The notes under the pieces were generated by a model. That model searched no databases. It was not told where the DNA came from and worked only from the letters and a program-made list of their open reading frames with translations. Position numbers and translations under genes: made by a program. A DNA stretch of 62,746 bases, the filler included, from Craspedostauros australis (taxonomy: Eukaryota), in the NCBI GenBank assembly GCA_030167865.1. It is 5 parts of 5 records of this genome, joined end to end, with 100 filler letters (N's around TTAATTAATTAA, not from the genome) between each part and the next. Parts side by side here need not be neighbours in the genome. Positions count along the whole stretch, not along the records: positions 41,706 to 54,884 come from JALAGF010006707.1; positions 54,985 to 59,726 come from JALAGF010006711.1; 3 more parts are not named here. The stretch is one strand, 5' to 3'. How positions within the stretch are numbered: position 1 is the stretch's first letter; the number at the start of each line of letters is the position of its first letter. This document shows, piece by piece, positions 44,741 through 55,240 of the stretch.

Positions 44741-46630
44741 ATGCTAATCATCAAGAAAGACATCCTCGCTCTCGTCGTGGCTCAGAGCCTCATCTCCAAT
44801 GACGTCGACGCGGTGCTGAACTCCAACAAGAAGGCAGCCGCAGATGGCAAAATCGACGTTAATGTCGACGCCAACATCAACGCCGCCAAGGCGAAGCTCA
44901 TGGAGTTGACAGCAAACCACAAGAGGAAGGATGCCAACATGCCATACTCGCAATCGCATTCTCACCTGCACTCTCACTTGCACTCTCACGATGGAAAGGT
45001 CGAGACCACAACAGACAAGATCGCAGACAGCATCCGTCGTCCACGTCCTTCCGTCTCCACCAACATCAAGGACAAGTACGCCGATCTCGGTCGCCTTTAA
45101 GCCCAAGATGCGTCCAGCAATGAGGATGAGCGTGCATCGCTCGAGCACAGCACTGTGTCTGTTGGAACAGAGACAAACGAGGCTCGCGACGCCAACAGTC
45201 GTCAGCTCAAGTCCTCGAAATCGACCAAATCGGCGAAGTCCTCGAAATCGACCAAATCGTCGAAGTCCTCCAAGTCCTCGAAATCGACCAAGCCCCCCGA
45301 GGTACTCGAGCCGTGCTTCACTGGAACAGCCGAAGCTGTCACGGCCAAGTGCGTGGCCAAGAATGCCAGCTGTTGCGAAACCTCGGTCAACACCACATAC
45401 CCCGCATGCTCTTGGAGCAGTGGGAGCTCTGTAACAGTCTGCCCTGACTCCTGCAACGGTGAGCAAGCTTGCTTCTTCAATCCCAACATCACGACGACCA
45501 TCCAGATTGCCTCCTACTCTTGCAACAGCGACAAAGCCTGCCAGTACGCCGCCGTGTCCGTGCCCTCCCGTGCTTGCAACGGCGAGGCTGCTTGCTACGA
45601 GAACTCTGGCACTATCGCCAATGACGCTTGCAATGGCGATCGTGCATGCATGTCCAACAAGGGGGCCATCGGCAAGGGTTCTTGCTTTGGATACAATGCT
45701 TGCTTCCAAAACTCTGGCACTGTTGCCGATGACGCTTGCAATGGTAACGAAGCATGTCTGCGCAACAAGGGAGCCATTGGCAAGGGTTCTTGCTCCGGAG
45801 ACGGCCCGTGCACTGGCAACGAAGGAACAGTCAAGCCCGGTTCCTGTCTAGGCAACTTCGCTTGCTATGATAACAGTGGCGACGTTGGTAGTGGCTCATG
45901 TATCAATGGGGACGCGTGTGGCAGCAACTCCGGAAATGTCAGTGACGGCTCCTGCATTGGCGTGGAGACCTGTGTGTACAATAAGGCCAATGTGGACGAA
46001 GGATCGTGCTTGGGCTATGCCGCATGCAACAAGAACTACGGAATCGTCATGTCTAACGCATGCATTGGTAAGCTCTCTTGTTTTTCGAATCGTGGCGCCG
46101 TTGGCCAAGGTTCCTGCCAGCTGGACAACGCATGCGAACAGAACGAAGGCAAAGTTGGCAACTACTCTTGCATTGGAGAAGAAGCCTGCTACGAGAACTC
46201 TGTGTATGTCGCATCGTTCGCGTGCAATGGTACCCACGCTTGTGATTCGAATCGTGGTACCATCGGTGAAGGCTCCTGTCATGCCGAGAGTGCTTGCGAA
46301 AGCAACTCCGAAGACATCGGCAACTACTCTTGTATTGGGAAAGAAGCCTGCAAGGAGAACCATGGGCATGTTGCATCCTACGCATGCAACGGTACCCGCG
46401 CTTGTGATAGCAATGGCGGTTCCATTCGCCAAGGTTCGTGCCATCAGATGAGCGCTTGCGAATACAACAGAGGATACATCAATGCCAGCTCTTGCCAAGG
46501 AGTGGAAGCTTGCTACTCCAACTATGGCGATGTCGGCAATGGAGCTTGCCTCGGTACCATGGCATGCTATTCCAACGTTGATCTGGTGGCTGACGGAGCC
46601 TGCATCGGCGATTCTTCCTGCTCCGCGTAG
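44741..46630 (+). pseudogene. Secreted protein with a silaffin-like KxxK tract and 22 Cys-ladder repeats, interrupted by one in-frame TAA
   Basis: ORFs 44741-45100 and 45155-46630 share a frame with only TAA (45098-45100) between them. Weak signal peptide, then RQL-KSSKSTKSAKSSKSTKSSKSSKSSKSTK, then 22 CxxxxxC units with an 18-aa period from unit 2 onward. Confidence 0.7.
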
Positions 46631-48655
46631 ATGAAAAGTCATCACGCAGAGTATAACAGATCATAGGGTAATCTCTCTTTCGCCACAAGACGTGATGACG
46701 TTTGTGTAGTTGTCAGGAATCGGGTGTTCTGAAACACCAAATTGCCGCACCTCCCATACGTGTGGAATCGAGCGTCATAAAACTATGTAATACCGCACCT
46801 CCCTCTTTGGATCTTTGTGACACCAAAAATGTGAGCTGCATGATTGAGGCGAAGAACATCGTGTGACGAATGCAAACCGGATCATGACGTTCGTGACTGC
46901 AATGCAGGAATGGAAGTCACACGTGCTTGTCGCAAGGGGCGATGATGTTGGATTCATGACAGCATCACGATACATGCAACTACTGCCCATATGTCACAAC
47001 AAGCAAGAAAGGAGGATTCGAGACAGGCCAGCGCCACGAAGTGTGAGATGGCTTGTGAATGAATCCCTGATGACGAACCAGTGAGAGGTCAGCAAGGAAT
47101 GGAGATTGTCCCAAGATGAGAAACTGCAGGAGCAATCGTCCATCCCACCTTTCATGGAGTGCCATGGATGGCAATCCAATTGAATGAAACAAGTCCATAG
47201 CTTCTGTGAATCAACACTGCCTATGCTATCAAAGCTATTGGAGGCAAGACAACAAGATGAATTCATGGAGATGGGCAACCATGTCATGCATGCACAATCA
47301 TGGTGGATGCAAGATGAATGCATGCTGTTCTAGAGGATGCACCCATGGAGATCTCAGGAGGAGATCGAACTTTGGAAATAGAGAGCAATGAAGAGCTCAC
47401 AGTTTGAAAGAGTAGATTCTAACAAATGATTTGTTCTCTACTACTAACACCACCTTGGATGTCCAACACAAACCCACCAGATCCATCGCAACCTGCCTCT
47501 CCGGCTTTGTCATGTTGCATCACAACTATGATAGCATGCAGTACAACTGTGACAGCGGCGCAAATGCGAATGATGGAGTGATGTACAGACTGTGCAATGT
47601 GACATTCAAGAACATTGGTGCATTGCGTTTGGGCAAAACGGGACCGATCATCGAGATGAAGCTCACCTCTGGTGCTGAGGGAGCCGAGTTCCATTCCCCC
47701 AACTCTGGCATTCCACTGGTATCATTGCTGGAAAGTTCACCATCGTGGCCTGTACCGGCACCGACTCCATTCGTGTCAAGAAGAAGAACGGCGTGACAAA
47801 CTCTCCCACATTGACCAACAGCAAGAGCTTTGTGACAAAGGTCAAGGCTCAGAAGCAAGGTGACGTGACGAACTTCCACCTCCCTGGGCGCAAGGCCATG
47901 TACAAGGCATGAGCATATGTGCGGAACCAATGAGAGTGAGGAGGATCAAACAAGTCTACCCTTAGTGTACATGGCTCGCAATGTTGGCGCAGCATGGTGC
48001 CATCTCAAGACGATGTCAATGCCAATATTCTCTGTCAAAATAACCCTGTATAAGAATCATGGATCGTACACAGTTGGAGAGCTGGTGGAACCCAAACTCG
48101 CTCACTCCAACCGATAAGTAAGAAAGGCAAAGAGTTGATCGCTCCTACAAGTAGTCGTGTCCTTCCATTGCTCCATAGATATGGTAGAGGTGAGGAGCGT
48201 CCGTTCTTCTCTACTACTGAAAAATCTAAGCTCATCTTCGTAGCATTGAAGGATTGACCACCTTGATCACACGTGCCATGTTGTGTCATGTTTGAGTCAC
48301 ACGCACGAGTGCCATCATTTGTTCCAATTTTGACGCGGACGTGTTCCTCATTCACATCAACGAGAGGGTCAGCGACGAAAACAGAAAAATGCAACCAGCA
48401 TGGTCCGCCTCCGACACTGTCATTGGTGACAAGGGAGCTACGTACCTATGCGTGCCACACCATAGATGGCACTGCGAGACAATACACCATAATTGCGAAA
48501 GGATCAACATCACAGTGCTCATAGCGTAGATGGCCAGCATCACTATTGGCATCAGCGTCAGCGTCAGCGTCAATCAACCCATCAAAACATCTCTCTCTCT
48601 CTCTCTCTCCCTCTCTCGGCCTGTATTTCCCTCTGCTGCCGCTGCGTTCAAGAGG

Positions 48656-50182
48656 ATGTACTCCAGGTTTCAACCCAAAGATCCATCGACGAAAAGCGCG
48701 GTTGGATCCTCGCTGCCGATCAATACGCAAGGCGCATGGGGCTTCAGAAATGGCCACACGAATGGTCGCGCCAACAAGGACGATCACGGTGATGATGCAG
48801 CCAAGCGAAAGGCCTGGAAAGGCGCAAGCATTCGTGCTTGCATAAATACCATCCGCAAATCATCGTTGGCCATCACGAGCAGACGTCGAAGGCTCTATGC
48901 GTTGTTTTCCATGGTGGCTGTGGCGATCATCGCCATCGGTCGATCCACGCGCTTGTTCCACATCAGAACGCCACAGGAACGTGCGAAAGCTGCGGCTTTG
49001 GCCCGTCGGAGGAAGTATTTTCTTGCCGTCAATGACGACATCCAGTACCATGTTCCAGCAACTGCTGCCTCGTTGTCGTCGTCACGGATAGCCAAGCCAG
49101 GAAAATGCGCAATCTGCTTCTTCGGTCTTCCCAGGAGCTTCAAGTCCATGGTCCTGCCGTCCATTCGCAAGAACATCCTCATCCCCAACCAAAACTACCG
49201 ATGCGACGTGTACGTCCAATTCTACGATCTTGACAAGGAGCAGGGTGGCACGCGTTCGGGCGCTGGTGGAACCATCAACACATCCGATATCTTCCTGCTG
49301 GAGACTGCGATTCGGGACTTTGACAAGACGAACGTCAGGAGCAGCAAGAAGAACACGGAGGACGATGACATCGTCGTTTCATTCGTCAACAATACCAATG
49401 CCGAATTTTGGGAGCAGCGCGGCGAGTTGGTGAAGAAGTACGAAACTACGATGGACGAGAACGGCAAGTACATGTACTTTCCATGGGAGGAGCAGTCCTT
49501 TGAATTCCCCATCACGATGCACAACATGCTGAAACAGTGGCACTCCATCGATTCGGCATGGAACCACATGGAAAAGGTGTCGCAACAGTTCGGCAGAAAG
49601 TATGACCGCGTCGCCATGTTGCGTAACGACGTCCTCTTCGTCACGCCAATTGACATTTATGAGACGGAACAGGGCATCTGGGATCACAAGAACAAATTCG
49701 CGGTCGTCCCCATCTTTGCCGGATATCCTGTGAACGACCGGCTCATGTACGGCCCATACGATGCCGTCAAGGTGTGGTCGACCCAACGATTTCCACGCGT
49801 CGAAGAGCACGTCGAGACTTTCCCGCAACCCGGATACAAGATGCATCCCGAGCGATTCCTCAATCACACCATCCTCACCTCCATCCAGTACGATCTGCGC
49901 GTGCCCGTGCGCACCAACCCCGACATTTGCTTCCTGCGAGCGCGCGCCGATGAGAGCGTGTGGATATCGGACTGCAACAGCACAGACAATGGATCGACGC
50001 GCGGTTTCGAAGGCAAGAACGTGAAGAAGCTCGTAGAACAGGTTCTGGGAAATGGACGGCGATGCGTCAGGACGGAATTACGACCGCGGATCATCCACGC
50101 ACATTGTCCCGTCGCGGGGTTGGCGTCCATCAACGCGACGGTCACGCTGCGAGATCGTGTGGAGGATCTATTTTGGTCGTAA
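48656..50182 (+). CDS. Type II membrane putative glycosyltransferase (GT-A-like, uncharacterised diatom-expanded family)
   Basis: Transmembrane segment LYALFSMVAVAIIAIG. Motifs CAICFFGLPRSF, KQWHSI, YDRVAMLRNDVLF, PVNDR..YG and MHPERFL. Confidence 0.65.
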   Translation: MYSRFQPKDPSTKSAVGSSLPINTQGAWGFRNGHTNGRANKDDHGDDAAKRKAWKGASIRACINTIRKSSLAITSRRRRLYALFSMVAVAIIAIGRSTRLFHIRTPQERAKAAALARRRKYFLAVNDDIQYHVPATAASLSSSRIAKPGKCAICFFGLPRSFKSMVLPSIRKNILIPNQNYRCDVYVQFYDLDKEQGGTRSGAGGTINTSDIFLLETAIRDFDKTNVRSSKKNTEDDDIVVSFVNNTNAEFWEQRGELVKKYETTMDENGKYMYFPWEEQSFEFPITMHNMLKQWHSIDSAWNHMEKVSQQFGRKYDRVAMLRNDVLFVTPIDIYETEQGIWDHKNKFAVVPIFAGYPVNDRLMYGPYDAVKVWSTQRFPRVEEHVETFPQPGYKMHPERFLNHTILTSIQYDLRVPVRTNPDICFLRARADESVWISDCNSTDNGSTRGFEGKNVKKLVEQVLGNGRRCVRTELRPRIIHAHCPVAGLASINATVTLRDRVEDLFWS

Positions 50183-50347
50183 CTTGTGCGAACGCGCGTC
50201 ACCGCTTGCTTACCCGCAGGTGCATACTCTTAGAGCTGCTACACATTGCATAGCATTGCATAATCGTCATATTCTAATCATCGTTATTGCTCATGTCAAA
50301 TGATCACGCTACTTGACATCGTCTATGGACAAGATCAGCAACTGCAT

Positions 50348-51834
50348 TTAGATGGCCAAGTTAATTTCGGAATCAAGCGGGTCCGACGGCAGCACTCCGT
50401 TGTTGGTCCCGATCGTGGACTTGATGTGATACACGTACACCTTGGTGCAGTTCTCCGCCAGAGGTTCCAGATCGCTGACATGGTTGATGAGGAGCTCCAT
50501 GAAATCCGTCTCGGAATAGGACGGCCGGCCGTTGACGTCGAATCGGATGTGCGGCTTCTCGGCGAATAGTCTGGTGTGAAATCCGAAGGCGCCCATGTCC
50601 AGGGGGTAGGTGCGGTTGGCAGGCCAGCCCGTGAGCAGCTCTTCGACTTTTCCCGTGGTCTCATTGACGCGGCATCGTTCGTGTTGGACTTTGCCGACGT
50701 ATCCGACAGGCCAGGTTCCCACACGTTGGACCTTGCGGAGTTCGTCGAACAATTTGGCTACGAAAATGGGATGAGAGAAGACACGACAATGAAGAGCGCT
50801 GGTGAGAGGCATCGAATTCAGCGCATGTTCAAACATCGGTACTCGTATGTGCACTGCGCGACCGATCACACTTGTGCCGTTGCAAAGAAAAACAAATGGA
50901 ATATAATACGGAGACTGGCACACTTACCATCGTAACCATTGTCGTCGTCCGCAAAGTACACGACGCCCGATCGATTGTGCGGAGCATTGACGAATCGTTC
51001 CTGGATGATTTCCAAACCCAGGTTGCGTTGCGTCCTGCCGCGTTTGGAGTGATCCTGTTCGGCAGGCGATGCGCTGTGGACATGCGCAAATGGAATGATG
51101 TCCACGGTACGTTCCAACAGCTCTCGCACCTTCTGATTGCAGTGAGCGTTGTCTTCGATGATGATCCAATAGATGAGGCCTTTGGATTTGATGGGCGGGG
51201 TCGCCGCCTTTGCTTGCTGCGCATTGGCCTCCTGTATGCCCTTGAGAACGTCTGCCTGTATGCTGTGCTGCATCCGGATGAGATCCACGAGCTGCGTGTA
51301 TCGCCGATACGTCGGGGTGATGAGGAACGTGATGGGCTTGTCCTGCGCCATGTAATGGATGGAGTTGGGATTGTTGTAGTAGTGCTGGGAGAGATCATGC
51401 GACGAGATCATCCTTGATTTGACAGCATCGAACGCATTCTTGTAGGTGTAATGATGCAGCGTCAAAGGCGGTGCGCCCAAGTCGCTCTCGCCGGTGGGAT
51501 TGTGAAAGTCGATATCGTCCAATTCGTGCTCGTTTGCCACATAGAACGTGGGCGCTTTGGTGGGAGGCGGAGAGTATTGGTTCCGCCTCCGAATCCGCCT
51601 CCAGATTCCGATCCGTCGGTACACCACATACGTGGCGATGCAGGATAAGAGCAAAATGAAGAGCGTGCGCAGTTGTTGCTTGCGCCTTTGCTTCATGGAG
51701 CTGAAAGCAGATCTGAGAGACTGCGGTGCGAAACGCGATGGTCTGGCGCATGGTCGCGAATGAATGGCGATCGTGGCAGCCCTGCTTGGTTTTGGCTTTG
51801 GCTTTTGCCGTTGCTTCGGTTCTGTCGTCATCAT
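50348..51834 (-). CDS. Two-exon GT43 glycosyltransferase (B3GAT/IRX9-like)
   Basis: Motifs ITPTY.R..Q, WIIIED, QRNLGL, GVVYFADDDN.YD, VGTWPVG, R.YPLDMGAF and LEPLAENCTKVYVYH. Intron 50927-50758 (GTAAGT...TCGTAG). N-terminal transmembrane segment. Confidence 0.9.
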
Positions 51835-52714
51835 CGTTGGTGCCTGCCTGTCGCTTGTTCCTGCTGCTGTTGCTGTTGCCGGCTGCTCGTTGAATGATTG
51901 GATGAATGATTAGATGAATGATCGAGATGGGCGGATGCCTGTGCGGATTCAGGCGGGTGGCGTGCTCTCTTGAGAGGAGTGCACGCGATGGAGAGCTGTG
52001 TGCCGCGCGGTTTCGATTCTCTTCTTGTTGACCACGATCAAAGAGGTTCAGTCATGGAATGCCACAGACGATGATGTGATGCTGTTGCGCTTCTCGTACG
52101 TTGCGATTCTCGCACGAATGCGGATAATCATGTGGATCGTGCTCTGTTGTCGACGCAATAGTGTGACCTCAACTACGATGTGTTGCCCCCAGATCAACGA
52201 TCGTTTCTTTGTTCCTTCTTCTCTCTCCTCTCACAGCAAGCGGCATCCTCGACTCTTGTTGTCTCTGCGTGTTGTGGCCACACGATCAACGCGTGCTAAA
52301 AACGTTTCGAAAAAAGCGCGCTATTCGAAAATTGAGCATTGGTGTTGGAGGGAATTGGAACACGAGCACTCCGTGTATACGGGACTCGAACGGCATTCAA
52401 GAGTACTCCACAAGAACTTCCGTCGATTCCACTGCAGTCGTATTCCACGTGGAACTTCCTGAGACCAACGACCATGTTGTGACACTTGTTCTCAATTTTT
52501 TCGTTTCGCGATCCGCAACAAAACACAGATGCGCCAACCAACAAGGAACAGCCACAGACACAGACACTGTTCATGTTCGTGCTTCTGCATTGTCAGGATC
52601 ACAGCTTCGGAAAGGAGGATCGTCATCACCATCATTGCCATTGTTGCCAACGTCGCTACCACCATCAATATTACCACAGCTATCGTCAACGCCGCCATCA
52701 TCAACAACAGTGCC

Positions 52715-54481
52715 ATGATATCACCGCACATCATCTTCATTGCTGCGTGCGTGTCAGTCGCGTTGCTCATCACGAGCACACCATCTGCCGCCTTTTGTGC
52801 GCAATGGAAGTCCACATGTGATTGTCGGGGATTGACATGGTGGGGACAACCGCACCAGGGCAACTGCGCTCCAGCTTCAACCCTGCTGCTAGCATCGTCT
52901 TCATCTTCATCACCATCATCGGCGAGCGCGAAATCAAGTGCGCAACCAAAGTCAACAGCAAAGCCAAGAACAACACAAACACAAACAAAAACAGAGAGAA
53001 GGACACCAGCGGCATCAACTCCAAACAAAGATACATCGACAAGTGCTGCTCCAATACAAACAAAACCAAACATGCATGTGCACAGTTTGATGCACACTAT
53101 TCGATCACATTTCGAGGATACGAACAACCGTGGTGTCTCGTCCGCCAAAGCCTGGGCAGGAACAAGGGCATACGTGTACTTCGCAGCGCATACCTTATCC
53201 CTCAAGCAAGCGCAAGAAGTCCTTGACTTCCTTTCATCCATCTGTCCTGAATCGACCGCAAAGAAAGTCGTTCAGGTAGCACCCTCAGTTCTAACAAAGG
53301 ATGTGTCCAAGTTCCTTGCACCAGCATCGGAGCATTTCATCAATGTACTAGGAAATGAGGCATTCCAGAAAGAGATCGATGATGATCCTCAGCGCTGGCT
53401 GTCGAATGTGAAATCCTACCACTCCGAGGTGGCCTGGAACAAACTGGTGAGATATCTCTGCGATGACTGGGGCATATCTTCGAGAGCCATCAATAAGCTC
53501 AAAGCTTCGACGGTGGTCATACCAACCGAATCGACAGCTAGAATCAACGCATCTCTGACCTACTTGGATTCAGTGATGGATACAGAATGGTTGGAGAAAC
53601 GAAAGAAGACGACATCCACTATCACCGAACAGCTGATCATGCGTTGGCCAGCTGCACTCTTGTTGGACACCAATACAGTGTTGAAGCCACGCGCTGAGTA
53701 TCTGATGCGACGACTGAACATGACTGAAACAGATTTCACGGTGTTCATGAACCAAAGTGGTGGAGCCACATTGACTCTTTCGTCGGAAGACAAGATCAGA
53801 CCAATGTTGGAATACCTTCGAACCATGTTGAATGAGCAGGAACTGAAGAAGTGTGTGATGAAAATGCCACGCATAGTGAATTTGGCTATAGAGACTTTGC
53901 AATCCAAGGTTGAGTTCTTCGATGACATCGAACGACGCCACTTCGCACGTTGGTCTTCTCACACGCCGAACGTACAACAAGAAGTGGAAGAGCGATCGCT
54001 AGCAGTGCACATACTCACCACTGGACCAGCTGTCTTTTCCCTCGACTTCTCAACAAATGTTCAGCCCAAAATCGATTTCATCAGCAAAGTGTGGGGTGAA
54101 GCCTCATTGGTTCGGAACTTGCGCCAGCGGCCCACACTTATGTCGATGAATGTAGAAAGCAACCTCAAACCAACGCTCGACTTTTACAACCGAACTGGCT
54201 ACGTGCTGGTGTCGGACGATTGGGAAATATGCCAACAATATGCGGCAGTGTCTACTTCGTATGTGGCTACATCGCTGAAAACTCGGTTATTGCCACGATG
54301 GTACTTCGTCCGATCGCAGAACCCTTCGTATCGCCCAGCACTAAGGTCCATTTGCAAGAACACAGATGCTGACTTTTGTAAGTGCGCAGGTCTTGATCTG
54401 GAACAGTATTTGGAGTTCAAGAAGGAGCATGGGCCAGACCTTGAACTCCCAGATCCGTCAGATCTTCAACTCGACGAGTAG
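52715..54481 (+). CDS. Plastid-targeted mTERF-family protein
   Basis: Bipartite presequence MISPHIIFIAACVSVALLITSTPSAA-F. mTERF repeats WPAALLLD...LKPRAEYL, KIRPMLEYL, MPRIV...LQSKVEFF, NVQPKIDF, NLKPTLDFY and SLKTRLLPRW. Confidence 0.85.
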   Translation: MISPHIIFIAACVSVALLITSTPSAAFCAQWKSTCDCRGLTWWGQPHQGNCAPASTLLLASSSSSSPSSASAKSSAQPKSTAKPRTTQTQTKTERRTPAASTPNKDTSTSAAPIQTKPNMHVHSLMHTIRSHFEDTNNRGVSSAKAWAGTRAYVYFAAHTLSLKQAQEVLDFLSSICPESTAKKVVQVAPSVLTKDVSKFLAPASEHFINVLGNEAFQKEIDDDPQRWLSNVKSYHSEVAWNKLVRYLCDDWGISSRAINKLKASTVVIPTESTARINASLTYLDSVMDTEWLEKRKKTTSTITEQLIMRWPAALLLDTNTVLKPRAEYLMRRLNMTETDFTVFMNQSGGATLTLSSEDKIRPMLEYLRTMLNEQELKKCVMKMPRIVNLAIETLQSKVEFFDDIERRHFARWSSHTPNVQQEVEERSLAVHILTTGPAVFSLDFSTNVQPKIDFISKVWGEASLVRNLRQRPTLMSMNVESNLKPTLDFYNRTGYVLVSDDWEICQQYAAVSTSYVATSLKTRLLPRWYFVRSQNPSYRPALRSICKNTDADFCKCAGLDLEQYLEFKKEHGPDLELPDPSDLQLDE

Positions 54482-54884
54482 AAAGAGCATTCACTGCGAT
54501 TAATAGAGCCCAAACGTAATGGCTGTTGTCTTGTTGGCTGTTCTTTAGCTGTAGGCAGAGGCTTGACTGGCAAGCGATCCGGACGTGAGTCTTCTGTTCC
54601 ACAAGTAGTCAATTTAGAATACTGGTAGATGGTGAAGAAACGTGCGGATTATGAGATTAGTGCTATGGTTCTTNNNNNNNNNNNNNNNNNNNNNNNNTGT
54701 CCTGTATGACAATGCGTGTGGGTTGTGTAGCCCAAGTACCGTGGGTCGAGATCCGTCGTCTGGGTTCTGTGAGAGACAATGGGTGGTGATGCTCGTTGTC
54801 GTGGCTTTGGTTCCGTGCGTCGGCGTTTTGGCGATGGTGGGTGTCAGAAACTTGGTTATCGGAACCCCATTGGTTCCCTGACAC

Positions 54885-54984
54885 NNNNNNNNNNNNNNNN
54901 NNNNNNNNNNNNNNNNNNNNNNNNNNNNTTAATTAATTAANNNNNNNNNNNNNNNNNNNNNNNNNNNNNNNNNNNNNNNNNNNN
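54885..54984. other. Artificial contig-joining spacer
   Basis: 44 N + TTAATTAATTAA (54929-54940) + 44 N. Confidence 0.95.
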
Positions 54985-55240
54985 AAGTAATGAAATAGCA
55001 AACGAACGACTATCAACCAACACCATCTTCCACGATCGTAGGTTACCGTGCGCGGAACTTGCCAACATGCCAAAGCAAGCTATAACCGCACTCGCCAACC
55101 GAGTACGAGCCTCCCCAAGCCTGCATCGAACTTCAGTGCACACCTTCTCAACGAAGTGAAGTCGAGCAAGAGCAAGAGAAGGCAAACAGATCGATCCCCT
55201 CGACGTCCGAAGACTACTCAAGAAGTCCCTGCTATCTATC

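Noticed and set aside
16186..46630. Stop-codon reassignment as an explanation for the in-frame TAG, TGA and TAA codons
   Set aside because: Intact genes here terminate at all three stops (TAA 9700, TAG 11063, TGA 6617) and have no internal stops. UTP4 also has frameshifts.
20449..51834. One large adhesion/EPS gene cluster spanning the three secreted Cys-rich genes, ALG2 and the glycosyltransferases
   Set aside because: These genes lie on three different joined segments, so their adjacency in the window is not evidence of genomic linkage.
54697..54884. Possible LTR fragment (TGTCAGG... on the minus strand)
   Set aside because: It is bounded by gaps with no partner LTR, PBS or PPT visible.
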